A DNA stretch of 64,000 nucleotides from an uncultured Fibrobacterota bacterium (GCA_963729895.1 CAVSQB010000007.1:26374-90373), one strand, 5' to 3'. Shown: positions 38,151 to 48,209, counted from the stretch's first letter. Numbers and translations are program-made. Notes: a model not told the origin generated them from the letters alone.

Positions 38151-38369
38151 ATGTCGAAGCAGGAATCAATACAGGTTGAAGGTACCGTGGTTGAGACCCT
38201 GCCCAACGCCTCGTTTCGCGTCGAACTCGAAAACAAACACCTCATTCTCGCGCATATTTCAGGCAAGATGAGGATGAATTACATACGGATTCTGCCCGGC
38301 GATAAAGTGTTGATAGAACTTTCCCCCTACGACCTGTCGCGGGGAAGGATCGTGTACCGGTATAAATAA
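38151..38369 (+). CDS. infA: Translation initiation factor IF-1
   Basis: [20 protein letters not shown]. Confidence 0.97.
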   Translation: MSKQESIQVEGTVVETLPNASFRVELENKHLILAHISGKMRMNYIRILPGDKVLIELSPYDLSRGRIVYRYK

Positions 38370-38461
38370 ACTCACCCCTGTGTCCCCTCTCTTGTCCCTC
38401 TTCAGGGATGCCCGAAGGGGCACAAGAGAGGGGAAGCCGAGCGAAGCGAGGAGGGGTGAGT
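38370..38461. repeat. Palindromic REP-like repeat (variant)
   Basis: ACTCACCCC...CCCCTCTCTTGT...ACAAGAGAGGGG...GGGGTGAGT. Confidence 0.75.
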
Positions 38462-38477
38462 CAAAAGGAGAATTATC

Positions 38478-38594
38478 TTGAAAGTAAGAGCGTCTGTAAA
38501 GCCATTATGCAACGGCTGCAAGGTCGTCAAGCGGCGGGGCGTTGTCCGCGTCATCTGCTCCAAGAATCCGAAACACAAACAGCGCCAGGGCTGA
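38478..38594 (+). CDS. rpmJ: 50S ribosomal protein L36 (not in ORF track)
   Basis: TTG start after [44 protein letters not shown]. Confidence 0.94.
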   Translation: MKVRASVKPLCNGCKVVKRRGVVRVICSKNPKHKQRQG

Positions 38595-38620
38595 GTCGGG
38601 CAAACGAAAGGAGTCGTACT

Positions 38621-39004
38621 TTGGCACGTGTAGCAGGGATAGAGATACCCAACAACAAGAGGTGCGAGGTGGCTCTCACCTATGTATTCGGCATCGGGAA
38701 ATCATCGGCATTGCGGATCTGCGCAAAGGCCAACATTGACAAGAACAAGAAGATCCGCGACTTGTCCGAAGACGAGCTCGACAGGATGAGAAAGATCATC
38801 GACAGCGAATTTACGGTTGAGGGAAACCTGCGTTCCAACGTCCGCCTCAACATAAAGCGTCTCATGGACATCGGGTGCTACCGGGGTCTTAGGCACCGCA
38901 AGCAGTTGCCAGTGCGCGGGCAGCGGACGCGCACAAACGCCCGCACGCGCAAGGGACCTCGGAAAACTATCGCCGGTAAGAAGAAGGCTCCGTCCAAAGG
39001 ATAA
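38621..39004 (+). CDS. rpsM: 30S ribosomal protein S13
   Basis: TTG start after [33 protein letters not shown]. Confidence 0.95.
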   Translation: MARVAGIEIPNNKRCEVALTYVFGIGKSSALRICAKANIDKNKKIRDLSEDELDRMRKIIDSEFTVEGNLRSNVRLNIKRLMDIGCYRGLRHRKQLPVRGQRTRTNARTRKGPRKTIAGKKKAPSKG

Positions 39005-39030
39005 CGACCACCATAAGGGGTATCACCACA

Positions 39031-39537
39031 ATGGCAGAAAGCAAGGCAGAAGGCAAAGGCGAAGGCAAACCCGAGGGAAAAGGCGAAGGCAAACCCGAGG
39101 GAAAAGGCGAAGGCAAACCCGAGGGAAAAGGCGAAGGAAGGCCGGAAGGCAGGGAAAAGGCGCCGGCGGTAAAGAAGGTCAGGAAAAGGGTGGGGGCCGA
39201 CGGCATCGCGCACATCCGCGCCACCTTCAACAACACGCTCATAAACATTTCGGATACGCAGGGCAATGTGGTTGCCTGGGGCTCGCCCGGGAAATCCGGT
39301 TTCAAGGGGTCCCGCAAGAGCACGCCGTTTGCCGCGCAGATAGCGGCGGAGTCGGTGGGGAAAGCGGCCTTTGAGGCCGGCGTCCGGAAGCTGGAAGTGC
39401 ATATAAAGGGCGCCGGAAACGGCCGCGAGAGTTCGATCCGCGCGCTCGCCGCAGCCGGGCTCAAGATCACGGCGATCAAAGATTATACGGCAATCCCGCA
39501 CAACGGGTGCCGTCCACCCAAGCGAAGAAGAGTGTAA
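39031..39537 (+). CDS. rpsK: 30S ribosomal protein S11 with repetitive N-terminal extension
   Basis: [29 protein letters not shown]. Confidence 0.96.
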   Translation: MAESKAEGKGEGKPEGKGEGKPEGKGEGKPEGKGEGRPEGREKAPAVKKVRKRVGADGIAHIRATFNNTLINISDTQGNVVAWGSPGKSGFKGSRKSTPFAAQIAAESVGKAAFEAGVRKLEVHIKGAGNGRESSIRALAAAGLKITAIKDYTAIPHNGCRPPKRRRV

Positions 39538-39551
39538 GAGGAGAAAAAAAC

Positions 39552-40175
39552 ATGGCAGTATACCACGGCCCCCGATGCAGGCAATGCCGCAGGGAAGGGG
39601 TCAAATTGATGCTCAAAGGCGAGCGCTGCAAGAGTGAAAAGTGCGCGGTGGAGCGCAGGCCCTTTCCCCCCGGCATGCGCATGACCAAGCGACGGCGTTC
39701 CACGTCCGAATACAACGTCCAGCTGAGAGAGAAACAGAAGATGCGCCGCATGTACGGAATTCTTGAACGTCAATTCCATACCTATTTCAAGAAGGCCGCG
39801 CAGAGCACGGGCGTCACGGGTGAACTTCTGCTCCGCATGCTCGAAATGCGGCTCGATAATATCGTGTACCGGTTCGGGTTCGCCCCCTCGCGCAGCGCCG
39901 CACGGCTCATGGTGCTGCACAACCATTTCCGGGTCAACGGGAAAAGGGTCAACGTGCCTTCGTTTCAGCTTGGGGAAGGCGATATCGTGACGGTCCGCGA
40001 GAAAAGCAAGACCCTTGAAGTCATTCACAGCGCGCTCAAGTCGGCCAAGGACGTCCCCGAGTGGCTGTCGGTTGACAAAGTGCAATTGGCGGGTACCGTA
40101 GTGAGACTGCCCGCCCGCGCCGATATCCCGGTCACCGTACAGGAACAGTTGGTCGTTGAATTGTACTCCAAATAA
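39552..40175 (+). CDS. rpsD: 30S ribosomal protein S4
   Basis: CRQCRREG, QLREKQK, LEMRLDN, VELYSK. Confidence 0.96.
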   Translation: MAVYHGPRCRQCRREGVKLMLKGERCKSEKCAVERRPFPPGMRMTKRRRSTSEYNVQLREKQKMRRMYGILERQFHTYFKKAAQSTGVTGELLLRMLEMRLDNIVYRFGFAPSRSAARLMVLHNHFRVNGKRVNVPSFQLGEGDIVTVREKSKTLEVIHSALKSAKDVPEWLSVDKVQLAGTVVRLPARADIPVTVQEQLVVELYSK

Positions 40176-40193
40176 AAGAGGAGAGCAGGATAC

Positions 40194-41183
40194 ATGAAGT
40201 GGAAAAGCTTGTTGATGCCAAAGGCAATCAAAATCGAGAATCCCGACGAAGTCGCCAATTACGGGAAAGTGATCGTCGAGCCGCTCGAACGCGGATGGGG
40301 ACACACCGTGGGGAATTCCGTCCGGCGCATCCTGCTGTCGTCGCTGCAGGGCGCTGCGGTGATTTCGGTCCGGATTGAAAACGTGGTTCACGAGTATTCC
40401 ACCATCGAAGGCGTGGTGGAAGACGTCACCGACATCATCCTGAACATCAAGAAGCTGCGCGTGAGGCTCAACTCCGACGAGGATGCAACGCTGCGCCTCG
40501 AGGTGAGCGGCGAGGGCGAGGTAAAGGCCTCCGACATCGAGAAGAATCCCGATGTCGAGATCCTGAGCCCGGACCTCCATCTTGCCACCATCAACTCCGA
40601 CGCAAAACTCAAGATCGAAATGCGGGTATCCGACGGACGCGGGTACGTGCCGGCCGAACAGAACAAACGCGAAGACGACCCTGTGGGCACCATCCCGATC
40701 GACGCGATTTTTTCTCCCGTAAGCAAAGTCAACTACTCGGTGGAAAATGCGCGCGTCGGGCAGCGGACCGATCTCGACAAGCTGATCCTCGACGTGTGGA
40801 CCGACGGAAGCATCTCCGTGGAAGACTCCGTGGCCTATGCCGCCAAACTGCTGTCCGACCACCTGGCCATATTCATCAACTTCGAAGGCGAGCTCGAGCC
40901 GGTCGAAGAAGTGGTGAAGGACGAAAAGGCCGACAAGCTGCGCCAGCTGCTCAAGATGCGTGTTGACGAACTGGAACTGTCGGTCCGTTCGGCCAACTGC
41001 CTGCGTGCTGCGAATATCCACACGCTTGCGGACCTGGTGAAGAACCAGGAATCCGACATGCTCAAGTACAAGAATTTCGGGCGCAAGTCCCTCATCGAAC
41101 TCAATCAGATCCTCAGCAACCTCGGGTTGTCGTTCGGCATGGACGTTGAGAAACTGGTGGGGACGGAAGTCAAAGAGAAGTAA
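40194..41183 (+). CDS. rpoA: RNA polymerase alpha subunit
   Basis: EPLERGWGHTVGN, LSVRSANCL, NFGRKSL. Confidence 0.97.
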   Translation: MKWKSLLMPKAIKIENPDEVANYGKVIVEPLERGWGHTVGNSVRRILLSSLQGAAVISVRIENVVHEYSTIEGVVEDVTDIILNIKKLRVRLNSDEDATLRLEVSGEGEVKASDIEKNPDVEILSPDLHLATINSDAKLKIEMRVSDGRGYVPAEQNKREDDPVGTIPIDAIFSPVSKVNYSVENARVGQRTDLDKLILDVWTDGSISVEDSVAYAAKLLSDHLAIFINFEGELEPVEEVVKDEKADKLRQLLKMRVDELELSVRSANCLRAANIHTLADLVKNQESDMLKYKNFGRKSLIELNQILSNLGLSFGMDVEKLVGTEVKEK

Positions 41184-41226
41184 ACTCCAACCCGGACAGC
41201 CATCGGTGCAAAGGAAAATGTAAACC

Positions 41227-41820
41227 ATGCGTCATTTGAAAAGAGGGAACAAACTAAGCCGGACCGCCGACCACCGGCGCGCGATGCTTGCCAACCTGGC
41301 AATGTCGGTATTCGACAAGGAACGCGTCATCACCACCGTTGCAAAGGCAAAGGCCGTGCGCGGCGTCGTCGAGCGCCTTATCACCTTCGCAAAAAAGGGC
41401 GGCCTCAATTCCATCCGTGTAGCGGCCCAAACAGTCACCGACAAGGATATTCTCAAAAAACTGTTTTCCGACATCGCGGCGTCCTACAAGACCCGCGAGG
41501 GAGGATACACCCGCATCCTCCAGCTCGGCAATCGGTGGGGAGACAATGCGCAGACCTGCATCCTTGAGTTGACAGGAAGGAATAGCGGGGAAACGGCCCG
41601 GAAAAGGAAGAAGAAACGGAAAGCCGCCGGCGAAGCGCCCGAAACCGCTCCCGAGAGCCCGGAAAAGCCGGAACAAGAGGAAAACCGGGAACCCGGCGAC
41701 GCGAAAGAAGGGTCAGCCAAGCCCCCGGCCGTGGCAAAGAAGGAAAAGCCCAAGGCCGCTCCCAAAAAGAAAAAGAAAACCGATACAAAAGCCGACGATT
41801 CGGCTGAAGACAAAAAATAA
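41227..41820 (+). CDS. rplQ: 50S ribosomal protein L17 with charged C-terminal tail
   Basis: MRHLK, ITTVAKAK, REGGYTRI. Confidence 0.94.
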   Translation: MRHLKRGNKLSRTADHRRAMLANLAMSVFDKERVITTVAKAKAVRGVVERLITFAKKGGLNSIRVAAQTVTDKDILKKLFSDIAASYKTREGGYTRILQLGNRWGDNAQTCILELTGRNSGETARKRKKKRKAAGEAPETAPESPEKPEQEENREPGDAKEGSAKPPAVAKKEKPKAAPKKKKKTDTKADDSAEDKK

Positions 41821-41849
41821 AGTCCCAAACACCAGCAAGGGGTGAAACC

Positions 41850-42995
41850 ATGTCTCTCGTTCCCATGAAACTCATTCTCGATGAGGCCAACAAGGCCGGA
41901 TACGGCGTTGGAGCGTTCAACGTGAACAACATGGAACAGCTGCAGGCGATTTGCGCCGCGGCCGCGGAAACAAACTCGCCCGTCATCATTCAGGTGAGCC
42001 GCAACGCGCTCAAGTACGCGGACAAAGGGCTCCTTGCCGCAATGGTGAGCTACATGGCCGAGAAGAAGTATCCGCAGATTCCCATGTCGCTCCATCTCGA
42101 CCACGGTCCCGACCTCGAGACCATTGCGGAATGCGTGAAGCTCGGGTTTACCTCCGTGATGATCGACGGTTCCCTCAACTATTCCACAAAAGACGAAAAG
42201 GGAAAGCATCCGGCCCGTTCGTTCGAAGAGAATGTCGCCATCACCAAGGAAGCGGTGAAAATCGCGCACGCCGCGGGCGTGACCGTTGAGGGTGAAATAG
42301 GCACCCTGGGCGGCATCGAGGACGATACGGTCGCCGGAACGGTGCACCTCACCAATCCCGCGGAAGCCGAGGAATTCGTCAAGCAGACCGGCGTGGATGC
42401 CCTGGCCCTTGCCATCGGCACGTCGCACGGCGCGTACAAATTCCCGGTGGGGCACGAGATCAAGCTCGCGCTCGACATCATCGACGATGTCCACCGCCGC
42501 GTACCCGCCACCGCGCTCGTGATGCACGGAAGTTCCTCGGTGCCCAAGCAGATGGTGGACCTTGTCAACCAGTACGGCGGCAGGGTGCCCAACGCGGTGG
42601 GCGTTCCCACGGCCATGATCCAGGACGCCATCAAGCGCGGCATGCGCAAAGTCAATATAGACACCGACGGCCGTCTTGCCATTACGGGCGCGATCCGCAA
42701 GGTGTTCGTCGAGACCCCGCAGAAGTTCGACCCGCGCGACTATCTCGGGCCTGCCCGCGAGGCGGTCAAAGCGTGGATGCTCGAAGAGATGAAGGCGTTC
42801 GGCACGGCGGGTCATGCGGGCGATTACAAACCGGTCTCCACAAAAGACATGCTCAGGGTGTATTTCCCGGCGCCCGCAAAGAAGCCCGTGACGAAAAAGG
42901 CCGCGCCGAAAAAAGTTGCTCGCAAGAAGGCGGCTCCCAAGAAGGTTGCCAAAAAGGCCAAGCCGGCAAAGAAGACGGCGAAGAGGAAAAAGTAA
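41850..42995 (+). CDS. fba: Class II fructose-bisphosphate aldolase with K/A/P-rich tail
   Basis: GAFNVNNMEQ, HLDHG, SVMIDGS, GTSHGAYK, VMHGSS, KVNIDTD, FDPR. Confidence 0.92.
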   Translation: MSLVPMKLILDEANKAGYGVGAFNVNNMEQLQAICAAAAETNSPVIIQVSRNALKYADKGLLAAMVSYMAEKKYPQIPMSLHLDHGPDLETIAECVKLGFTSVMIDGSLNYSTKDEKGKHPARSFEENVAITKEAVKIAHAAGVTVEGEIGTLGGIEDDTVAGTVHLTNPAEAEEFVKQTGVDALALAIGTSHGAYKFPVGHEIKLALDIIDDVHRRVPATALVMHGSSSVPKQMVDLVNQYGGRVPNAVGVPTAMIQDAIKRGMRKVNIDTDGRLAITGAIRKVFVETPQKFDPRDYLGPAREAVKAWMLEEMKAFGTAGHAGDYKPVSTKDMLRVYFPAPAKKPVTKKAAPKKVARKKAAPKKVAKKAKPAKKTAKRKK

Positions 42996-43021
42996 GCAGA
43001 CGTTGACAAGATAGTAGTTTG

Positions 43022-43059
43022 TGAAGAAGGCTTGCCGGATTTCTGGCAAGCCTTCTTCA
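43022..43059. terminator. Strong hairpin after fba, probable terminator
   Basis: TGAAGAAGGCTTGCC-N8-GGCAAGCCTTCTTCA, perfect 15-bp stem, weak U-tract. Confidence 0.55.
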
Positions 43060-43280
43060 TTATAATAAGACGCATCTGGATAGCTGAGCCGGATATCACG
43101 ATAAATAAGTGCTTTTGGATAGCTGTGCCGGGTGACCCCATACTTGGAGTTTGGGCGAGAATCAAATCTTCTGCTGTGGGGCACCCGCGAGGTGCAGTTG
43201 TGAAGGCCAAGGGAAGAACTCCGCTTTGCACGGTAAAAAGCAAATGTGTTCTCATGCGTTCGCATCCTGCATAGCGGAAC

Positions 43281-43450
43281 TTGACAATTGTGGCAACGAT
43301 CTTCTGCCCAGCGCCAGGCCGGACCGGAACGTGTGCTGGAGCACAGTACCGCCTGATCCCTAGCCGAAGGCGGTAGGGACAGGCGGTACCGAGGCCGACC
43401 GGGCCGAGCGTGGAGGGAGGGCCGCCGTCCCGGTGGGGACGGGGCGCCCA
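43281..43450. ncRNA. Candidate structured RNA or dispersed structured element, copy B
   Basis: Homologous to 6803..6968 with covarying stems. Confidence 0.5.
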
Positions 43451-43623
43451 AATGATTTTCTTTATATTGCCAAATTTAGAAGGCCTTTTCAATTGAAAAT
43501 CCCCGGTGCGCATTAATTATATTTTATCGGTCTAAAAGCCCTGATTCAAGCGCGAATCCTTGACATAACGAGGGAAACTTCGCGGGGGAAACGCGACATT
43601 TCACAAAAGCAGAGGGAAGGACA

Positions 43624-44550
43624 ATGCGTATGAAGGCAGCAGCAGGAATCATCGGATTTGTGTTCACGGCATGGTTTGCCGGATCGGCCTATGGCGACAT
43701 CGTGACGTTCAACAGCCCCGGACAGTGGGTCACCGAGCGCTCCGACAACATCGTCCTCAAAGTCCAGCTCGACACCTCCAAGATCCCGCAGAAAAAGGTG
43801 TCCGTGGTCCTTTCAAAAGTGGAGGCCGGCAAGAAGAAGGTGGTGGCCACCAAGACGTTCAAAGTTTCCGACTATTCGCAGGAATTCGCGCTCGGGTCCG
43901 CGGGCACCAATCTCCTTGGCGGCAAAGACTTCCTCAAAGTCGAATGGTCGATTCCCGGCACCAAGGACAAGGGGTCGCTGTTTCCGGTCGGCATTGTCAA
44001 CATCGACAAGCTGGGCAAAATGGAACCCCTGCATGCTTCAAAAGTTTCCGCGCCTGTCGACGCAAACAACGTCGCCGCGCTGGCGTCCGCCGCAAAGTTC
44101 ACCGGCGTCAAGGGGAACGAATTCGCCCTTTTCTGGAGCCCCACGACACTTGCCATCGTGTGCAAGAAAGGCCAGGGAAACAGCATCCTGAGGTTCGCGT
44201 TCGACGGCAAGAACGGGAAGAACGCGTTTATTGCCTATTCGGACAGGGTGATTGAGTTGTTCACGGCAAAGGATTCCCTTAATTCGTTCCTGCACAACCG
44301 GCTGGCCCTCACGGACAGCATCAGCTATCCCGTAAAGGCATGGCAGAACGACAGCAAGACGTTTTCGACCAAGGATTTCATCGTCCTCAATGTTCCGATG
44401 TACGATATCGGGCTCGTGGGCCAGGATGAGCGGGTGATCGGTTTCTCCGCCTACGCCGTCGACGACAAGGGAGCGCCCTTGGCCGCATACCCGGAAAAGG
44501 CAAAACTCCTCATGCCGGGTTCGTGGTCGAGCGTCGTATTCGACAAGTAA
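43624..44550 (+). CDS. Hypothetical exported protein
   Basis: Signal-peptide-like N-terminus (...AGSAYG), host-like codon usage, RBS present. Confidence 0.8.
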   Translation: MRMKAAAGIIGFVFTAWFAGSAYGDIVTFNSPGQWVTERSDNIVLKVQLDTSKIPQKKVSVVLSKVEAGKKKVVATKTFKVSDYSQEFALGSAGTNLLGGKDFLKVEWSIPGTKDKGSLFPVGIVNIDKLGKMEPLHASKVSAPVDANNVAALASAAKFTGVKGNEFALFWSPTTLAIVCKKGQGNSILRFAFDGKNGKNAFIAYSDRVIELFTAKDSLNSFLHNRLALTDSISYPVKAWQNDSKTFSTKDFIVLNVPMYDIGLVGQDERVIGFSAYAVDDKGAPLAAYPEKAKLLMPGSWSSVVFDK

Positions 44551-44560
44551 ATCGGTTTAC

Positions 44561-44638
44561 GGTGGCTGTAGTTCAACAGGCTAGAGCCCTGGATTGTGGT
44601 TCCAGGTGTTGCGGGTTCGAGCCCCGTCAGCCACCCCA
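44561..44638 (+). tRNA. tRNA-His(GTG), integration site
   Basis: G-1, acceptor GTGGCTG/CAGCCAC, loop TT-GTG-GT, encoded CCA. Confidence 0.95.
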
Positions 44639-45431
44639 ATAAAATTCCTCAAATTTCGCGGTTTTCATAGGGAAAAGGCTTGACAGCTTAAAAAGTCGGG
44701 CCTTTTTTCTTTCCCTCCGTTTTATCAACTTTTATCACGTTTTATCACGTTTTATTGATACTTTGAGTACAAATTGAGTACATTTTTTGTTTAACCATTA
44801 AACTGCCGGTATTGCTGCACAAGGTTTCTTTCTTCTCGGAATGACGTACACCAACGACGCGCACAGCCACATGGTCGGCGGCATAGGTGACCGTTTGCAC
44901 GTCCGGGACTCCGGCGCGGTCCTGGCGCATTGTAGCGCGTTTGGTGAGGTCGGGCTTGTGATGCCGTAGAATGCCGTGGAATATGTAAACGGCACACGTA
45001 GAAGCGCGGATCGGCGCGGGGGTGTACTCCTACACGGTCCCGGCACCTGGACGCAATCCTACGGCGGCGGATATGATGACGACGACAGCATGGTGGTGCA
45101 CGCCCGCGCTCAGAAGCTTGCGGCGCTGCCGGAATGTCACAAACGGCGAAACGCGCCCCTAAGAGGTGCCCGAACTGAGCGAAAAAGGGCATATTAAACG
45201 GGTTTAACAGCTTAATTGACAAATGCCGCATATCATTTAACTCTATGTGCCATAGAGGGATGTGAGGGGTAAAAGAGGTTAAGTATACATAATGTCCATT
45301 ATGCGCCATATCGCATAATATTCTTGTTAAATAATAACGCATAAAGAATACAATAACGCGCTATCCGGTATTATCACCTTGCTATTTTAAGCGAAATGAG
45401 GTATTTTACAATCATAGAAAGGGGGGCACTC

Positions 45432-45674
45432 ATGGCAAATCAAACAGAGGCCCAGAAGATTGCAGAGATGGTGCAAGAGATACGGCGGCGCGAGAACCTA
45501 ACGCAACAGGCGCTTGCGGACGCGGCCAAGGTACAACAGGCGGGAATCGCTCGCATGGAGAGCGGGGAAAGCCTGCAAAACATCGACGTACTTGTGCGGG
45601 TGTTCAATGCTGCGGGTTATGAATTGCGCATTGTTGCCGTAAAGAAAGCGGCACAGATCGAGCGGACGTTATAA
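45432..45674 (+). CDS. XRE-family HTH regulator
   Basis: RRRENLTQQALADAAKVQQAGIARMESG. Confidence 0.85.
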   Translation: MANQTEAQKIAEMVQEIRRRENLTQQALADAAKVQQAGIARMESGESLQNIDVLVRVFNAAGYELRIVAVKKAAQIERTL

Positions 45675-46011
45675 ACAAAAACCGCAACACGGTCAAAGGG
45701 CCGATGAAATGCAGAGTCTTAACATTAAGACTCTGCCGCCCGTAACCCAAAAATAGGCGATACCCGAACGGTATTGCCTAAATCAGACGAACCTACCCTC
45801 GAAGAAATTGGTGTTACCCCGAAGGAATCCGCCCGCGCTCAAAAGCTCGCATGGATATTTCGGACGCCCGACAGCGGCGCGGGGAAAACACCATCCTCCA
45901 GGAACGGCGCGTCGAGGTCTTGAGGGAACGCCTGGGTCGTGCCGGTCGGGAGGTACTCGCGCACGGCATACTTTTCGTGGATGCAGAGGACGACTTGCGG
46001 CGATGGCGAAA

Positions 46012-47465
46012 ACAAGTTTTTGAGGTGCGGGGATTTGAAGGAAGGTTTCGCTCGCGTCAAGTGCAAGGACTGCGGGGAAGAGTTCTTCGTCGCGTTCTCC
46101 TGCAGACAACGCTCGTGTTGCCCATCATGCGACCAGAAGCGGGCGCTGTTGCTGGGCCATCGGCTCAAGGAAGAGGTGCTGGCCGAGGTTCCGCATCTCC
46201 AATGGGTTTTTACCATACCAAAGCGGCTGCGGGTTTACTTTCGCTACGACCGGAAATTGCTTGGCAAGCTCTGCCGGGCGGCCTACGATACGGTCTGCGA
46301 TGTCTACGCGCTGGAAATCGACGGTGACTGCGGTGTTCCCGCCATGATCGGCGCGGTGCAGACGTTCGGCGACCTCATCCACTGGCATTCGCATATACAC
46401 GCAATTGTGCCCGAGGGCGTGTTCACGGACACTGGACACTTCGTGCATATTCCCGACATATGGCGTCACCGAGCGGCGGACATCTGGCAGGAAAAGGTTT
46501 TCGATTTGCTTCTTGACGCCTGTAAGATCGATCCGGATGTTGCGGCAAACATGCGAGGCTGGAGGCATTCCGGGTTCAACGTTGACAACTCTGTCCGGAT
46601 CGAGGCGGGAGACAACGCCGGAATGCAGCGATTAGTGGAGTACATTTCGCGTTGCCCGCTCAGCCTCGCCCGCATGGTCACGCTCAACGCCGACGGAAGG
46701 ATAGTGTATCGCGCCTCAAAGGGGAAGTGCTTCCCGTTCCCACAAACGGGCGAGCCTGTTGCGCCGGAGCGCTGCGCCGCGCCAATCCAGACGCTCATGG
46801 AAGGCATTCCTCGGAACTTTGAGGTCTTTGAGCCACTTGACTTTCTGGCTGAAGTGACTCAGCATATTCCCAATAAGGGTGAGCATCAGATACGGTATTA
46901 CGGGTGGTACTCAAATAAGAAGCGGGGAATGCAGGAGAAGAAGGGGAAGAGCGTTGCCGCGCCCGGACACAACGAACCGGACACGGCTTTCAGACGGAAA
47001 TGCCGCATGACCTGGGCGGCGCTGATTAAATGCGTGTACGAGGTTGATCCGCTGAAGTGTCCGAAGTGCGGGGGCCAAATGAAGATCATCTCGTTCATCG
47101 AGGAAGATATGGTGATCGAGAAGATTCTGAGGCATTGCGGTTTGTGGAAGGAACAGGCGCCGCGCCCGCCGCCGGAAGAGAAGCCGCCGCCTAAGGTCGA
47201 AGAGTCTACGCTCGATTACGGGTTCTTCGAGAGAGCAGTGTGCTGAATCCACCGAAATAGTTGTATCTGCGAATAAGCCCTTCCAAAGCGCTTTGCGCAA
47301 GCTACGTTTTTTCTTGCTTTTTGTCAGCAAATGCCCCTATATTATGCTTAAGCTTGCCGGTGAATAAGACGGGCGAAACGGTGAACGGGTCGGGAATGTC
47401 GTCAACTGTCAAGGTAAGACCCTTGCCGCATTCCACCCTTTCGAAAAATCGAAATGCCTATCAGT
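46012..47465 (+). mobile_element. 5'-truncated ISCR/IS91-like element, transposase remnant ending at 47246
   Basis: Matches 49936..51389 at offset 3924, lacks the first ~70 transposase codons. Confidence 0.85.
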
Positions 47466-48091
47466 TTACAGGGGATGCTTGCCCTAAATGCGGGTGTAAG
47501 TTGACAGAAAATAAAAAAGTTGAACTAAGAAACAAGGCAAAACAAGGCAAGCAAATTCTTTTATTAGCTATCGGAATCCTTTTTGCTTTGTGGCTGGTAT
47601 GTGTTTTTAGCGGAAGCGAAGAAAAAACCCAAAAAGAAATCATTGCCGCAAACGCTGAACAGTATGCAAATTCACCAGGTATGCAAGAAAAAAGAGAAAG
47701 AGAAAGGCTAGTGACAACTGGTTATTGTGGTGACACGTTGGCAGCCTTTGACTTGGCAGAAAGATACATTAAAAAATATTGTCACCCACAGCTAATAAAA
47801 ATGAACTGCATGACGGAAGATTCATGCCCTGATTATGATTGGCGGCATTGGTCAATTGCGTGGACGCCAGGTGATACCTGTGAGCTAGACTGCAATATTG
47901 CTTATAGTGGTAAGGATGGTGTAGACCATGTATACGGTTGCGCGGTAATACATGTAAGACATAATAACAAATTTCAAGTGACACAGGTATGGCGGGGCAA
48001 TGCAGATGAAGATATTAACTATAAGCTGGTGTATGAAGACGAAAAATACTTCAACGGAATAGGAAAATCCGCTAAGGCGCAAAAGAAATAA
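47466..48091 (+). pseudogene. 5'-truncated zinc-ribbon membrane-anchored protein
   Basis: FTGDACPKCG (half of a Zn ribbon) then a TM helix, begins exactly at the element end. Confidence 0.6.
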
Positions 48092-48117
48092 GGGAAAACT
48101 GCCTGGCGTAATAGGAT

Positions 48118-48149
48118 GACGCGTCTTTCCGGTGGTCGCGTCCTTTTTT
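48118..48149 (+). terminator. Probable intrinsic terminator
   Basis: GACGCG...CGCGTC followed by a T-tract. Confidence 0.5.
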
Positions 48150-48209
48150 ATCTAACAGGAAATTATCGTAGTGTTTTTTAACGAACACTTAACCATGAAA
48201 GAGGCACCA

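Noticed and set aside
38408..38620. Extended S13 N-terminus
   Set aside because: Runs through a palindromic repeat and overlaps rpmJ. TTG 38621 has an RBS.
41484..43451. 655-aa minus-strand ORF
   Set aside because: Antisense to fba and rplQ and crosses non-coding structured DNA.
44791..45342. ORFs in the left end of the island
   Set aside because: No motifs, no clear RBS and conflicting overlapping frames. Probably decayed sequence.
45939..46011. Alternative N-terminus making a second intact transposase
   Set aside because: Chance in-frame fusion of flanking DNA to the truncated copy. The native first ~70 aa are missing.
47261..47465. Shared N-terminus of ORFs 47261 and 51185
   Set aside because: It is the non-coding end of the repeated element read in frame into different flanks.
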